In this document: piece after piece, positions 63,376 through 64,000 of the stretch | Numbering within the stretch: the stretch's first letter is position 1 | Layout: each line of letters opens with the position of its first letter | DNA from: a virus | Virus record (IMG/VR): IMGVR_UViG_3300013289_000006 | Direction: 5' to 3' (one strand) | DNA: 64,000 bases | The notes under the pieces: model-generated | Databases searched by the model: none | What the model was told of the DNA's origin: nothing | Seen by the model: only the letters and a program-made list of their open reading frames with translations | Translations under genes and position numbers: made by a program

Positions 63376-64000
63376 TTAAGCCCCCTGCTGAAGGTGCGGC
63401 ACGCTGAAGGTGACGCGCTTGGAGAGCAAGGCGCGGGACAGATCCTGCTCTTGGCCGACATACTTTTCGGTCGTCGCGATGGAACGGTGACGAAGCTGGG
63501 CGCGGATTTGATCCCACTCGAAACCATGACCACGCATGAGGTAGGCGCAGGTGCGGCGCAGATCGTGCGCGCCGATGCCCTTGCCGAGGACGGCAGCGGT
63601 GCGGCGGTTGACGATCTGGAGGACGGCGCGCGCGCTGAGGCCGTCGTGGGTGGGGATGACCGAACCGCCCTTGAGGAGCGGCTGAAAAAGGGGCACGTCG
63701 CCGGTGATGTGATGGGCAGGATCGGCGGCGGCATTCCACGCGCTGACCCACTGGTGGATGAGATCAAAGGCTTCGGAATCGATGCCTATTGGATCGTGAT
63801 TGTTGCGCTTGCCACGGACGCGCACTTCGTAGCAGTCCTTGCCGGGGGTGATGCTGTTGAGGGTGAGGCGGGCGAGTTCGGCGGCGCGGAGGCCGGAGCT
63901 GATGCCCAGATAGAGCATGGCCAGATCGCGCTTGCCGGTGAGGGTGTCGAGCTGGCCGGTGAACGACTCCAGCAGGGTGTTGACCTGCACGAGGGTGAGG
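63376..64000 (-). CDS. XerC/D-like recombinase, C-terminal part (copy 2, cut by window edge)
   Basis: Same as 20637..21261. Confidence 0.9.
   Translation of the reverse strand, partial: LTLVQVNTLLESFTGQLDTLTGKRDLAMLYLGISSGLRAAELARLTLNSITPGKDCYEVRVRGKRNNHDPIGIDSEAFDLIHQWVSAWNAAADPAHHITGDVPLFQPLLKGGSVIPTHDGLSARAVLQIVNRRTAAVLGKGIGAHDLRRTCAYLMRGHGFEWDQIRAQLRHRSIATTEKYVGQEQDLSRALLSKRVTFSVPHLQQGA

Larger units (their letters stand above)
42740..64000 (+). repeat. Direct repeat of 1..21261 (second partial genome copy)
   Basis: All ORFs recur with identical translations at offset +42739 (e.g. 676..1668 and 43415..44407). Confidence 0.98.

Overview
The window holds a complete 42,739-bp temperate siphovirus-like phage genome (1..42739) followed by an apparently exact second copy of its first 21,261 bp (42740..64000; every ORF recurs at +42739 and the scaffold ORF runs unbroken across the junction). 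It is therefore a circular or concatemeric unit, or an over-extended assembly, with no host DNA. Modules: head (terminase small/large, portal, MuF-like and cement genes on the minus strand, scaffold, major capsid); neck and tail (with a -1 frameshifted tail chaperone, tape measure, Dit, fibre, Tal); a non-canonical lysis region (GH-A-like enzyme plus membrane proteins); two tyrosine recombinases flanking an HTH gene and a tRNA-like attP; ParA, a long ParB fusion, a Rep protein, SSB, a ClpP-like protease, and two tRNAs preceded by a structured non-coding stretch. Most notable unexplained signals: (1) a ~22-aa N-terminal leader shared without gaps by the major capsid, scaffold and cement proteins; (2) a non-palindromic TTATCRGWANC motif spaced roughly every 2 kb around the genome, including inside genes; (3) strand-polarised GGGNAGGG (KOPS-like) octamers running against the G skew; (4) a candidate structured RNA upstream of the tRNAs. 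All protein calls come from motifs and synteny read by eye; no database search was run. The host is unknown (Chloroflexota is only a weak impression).
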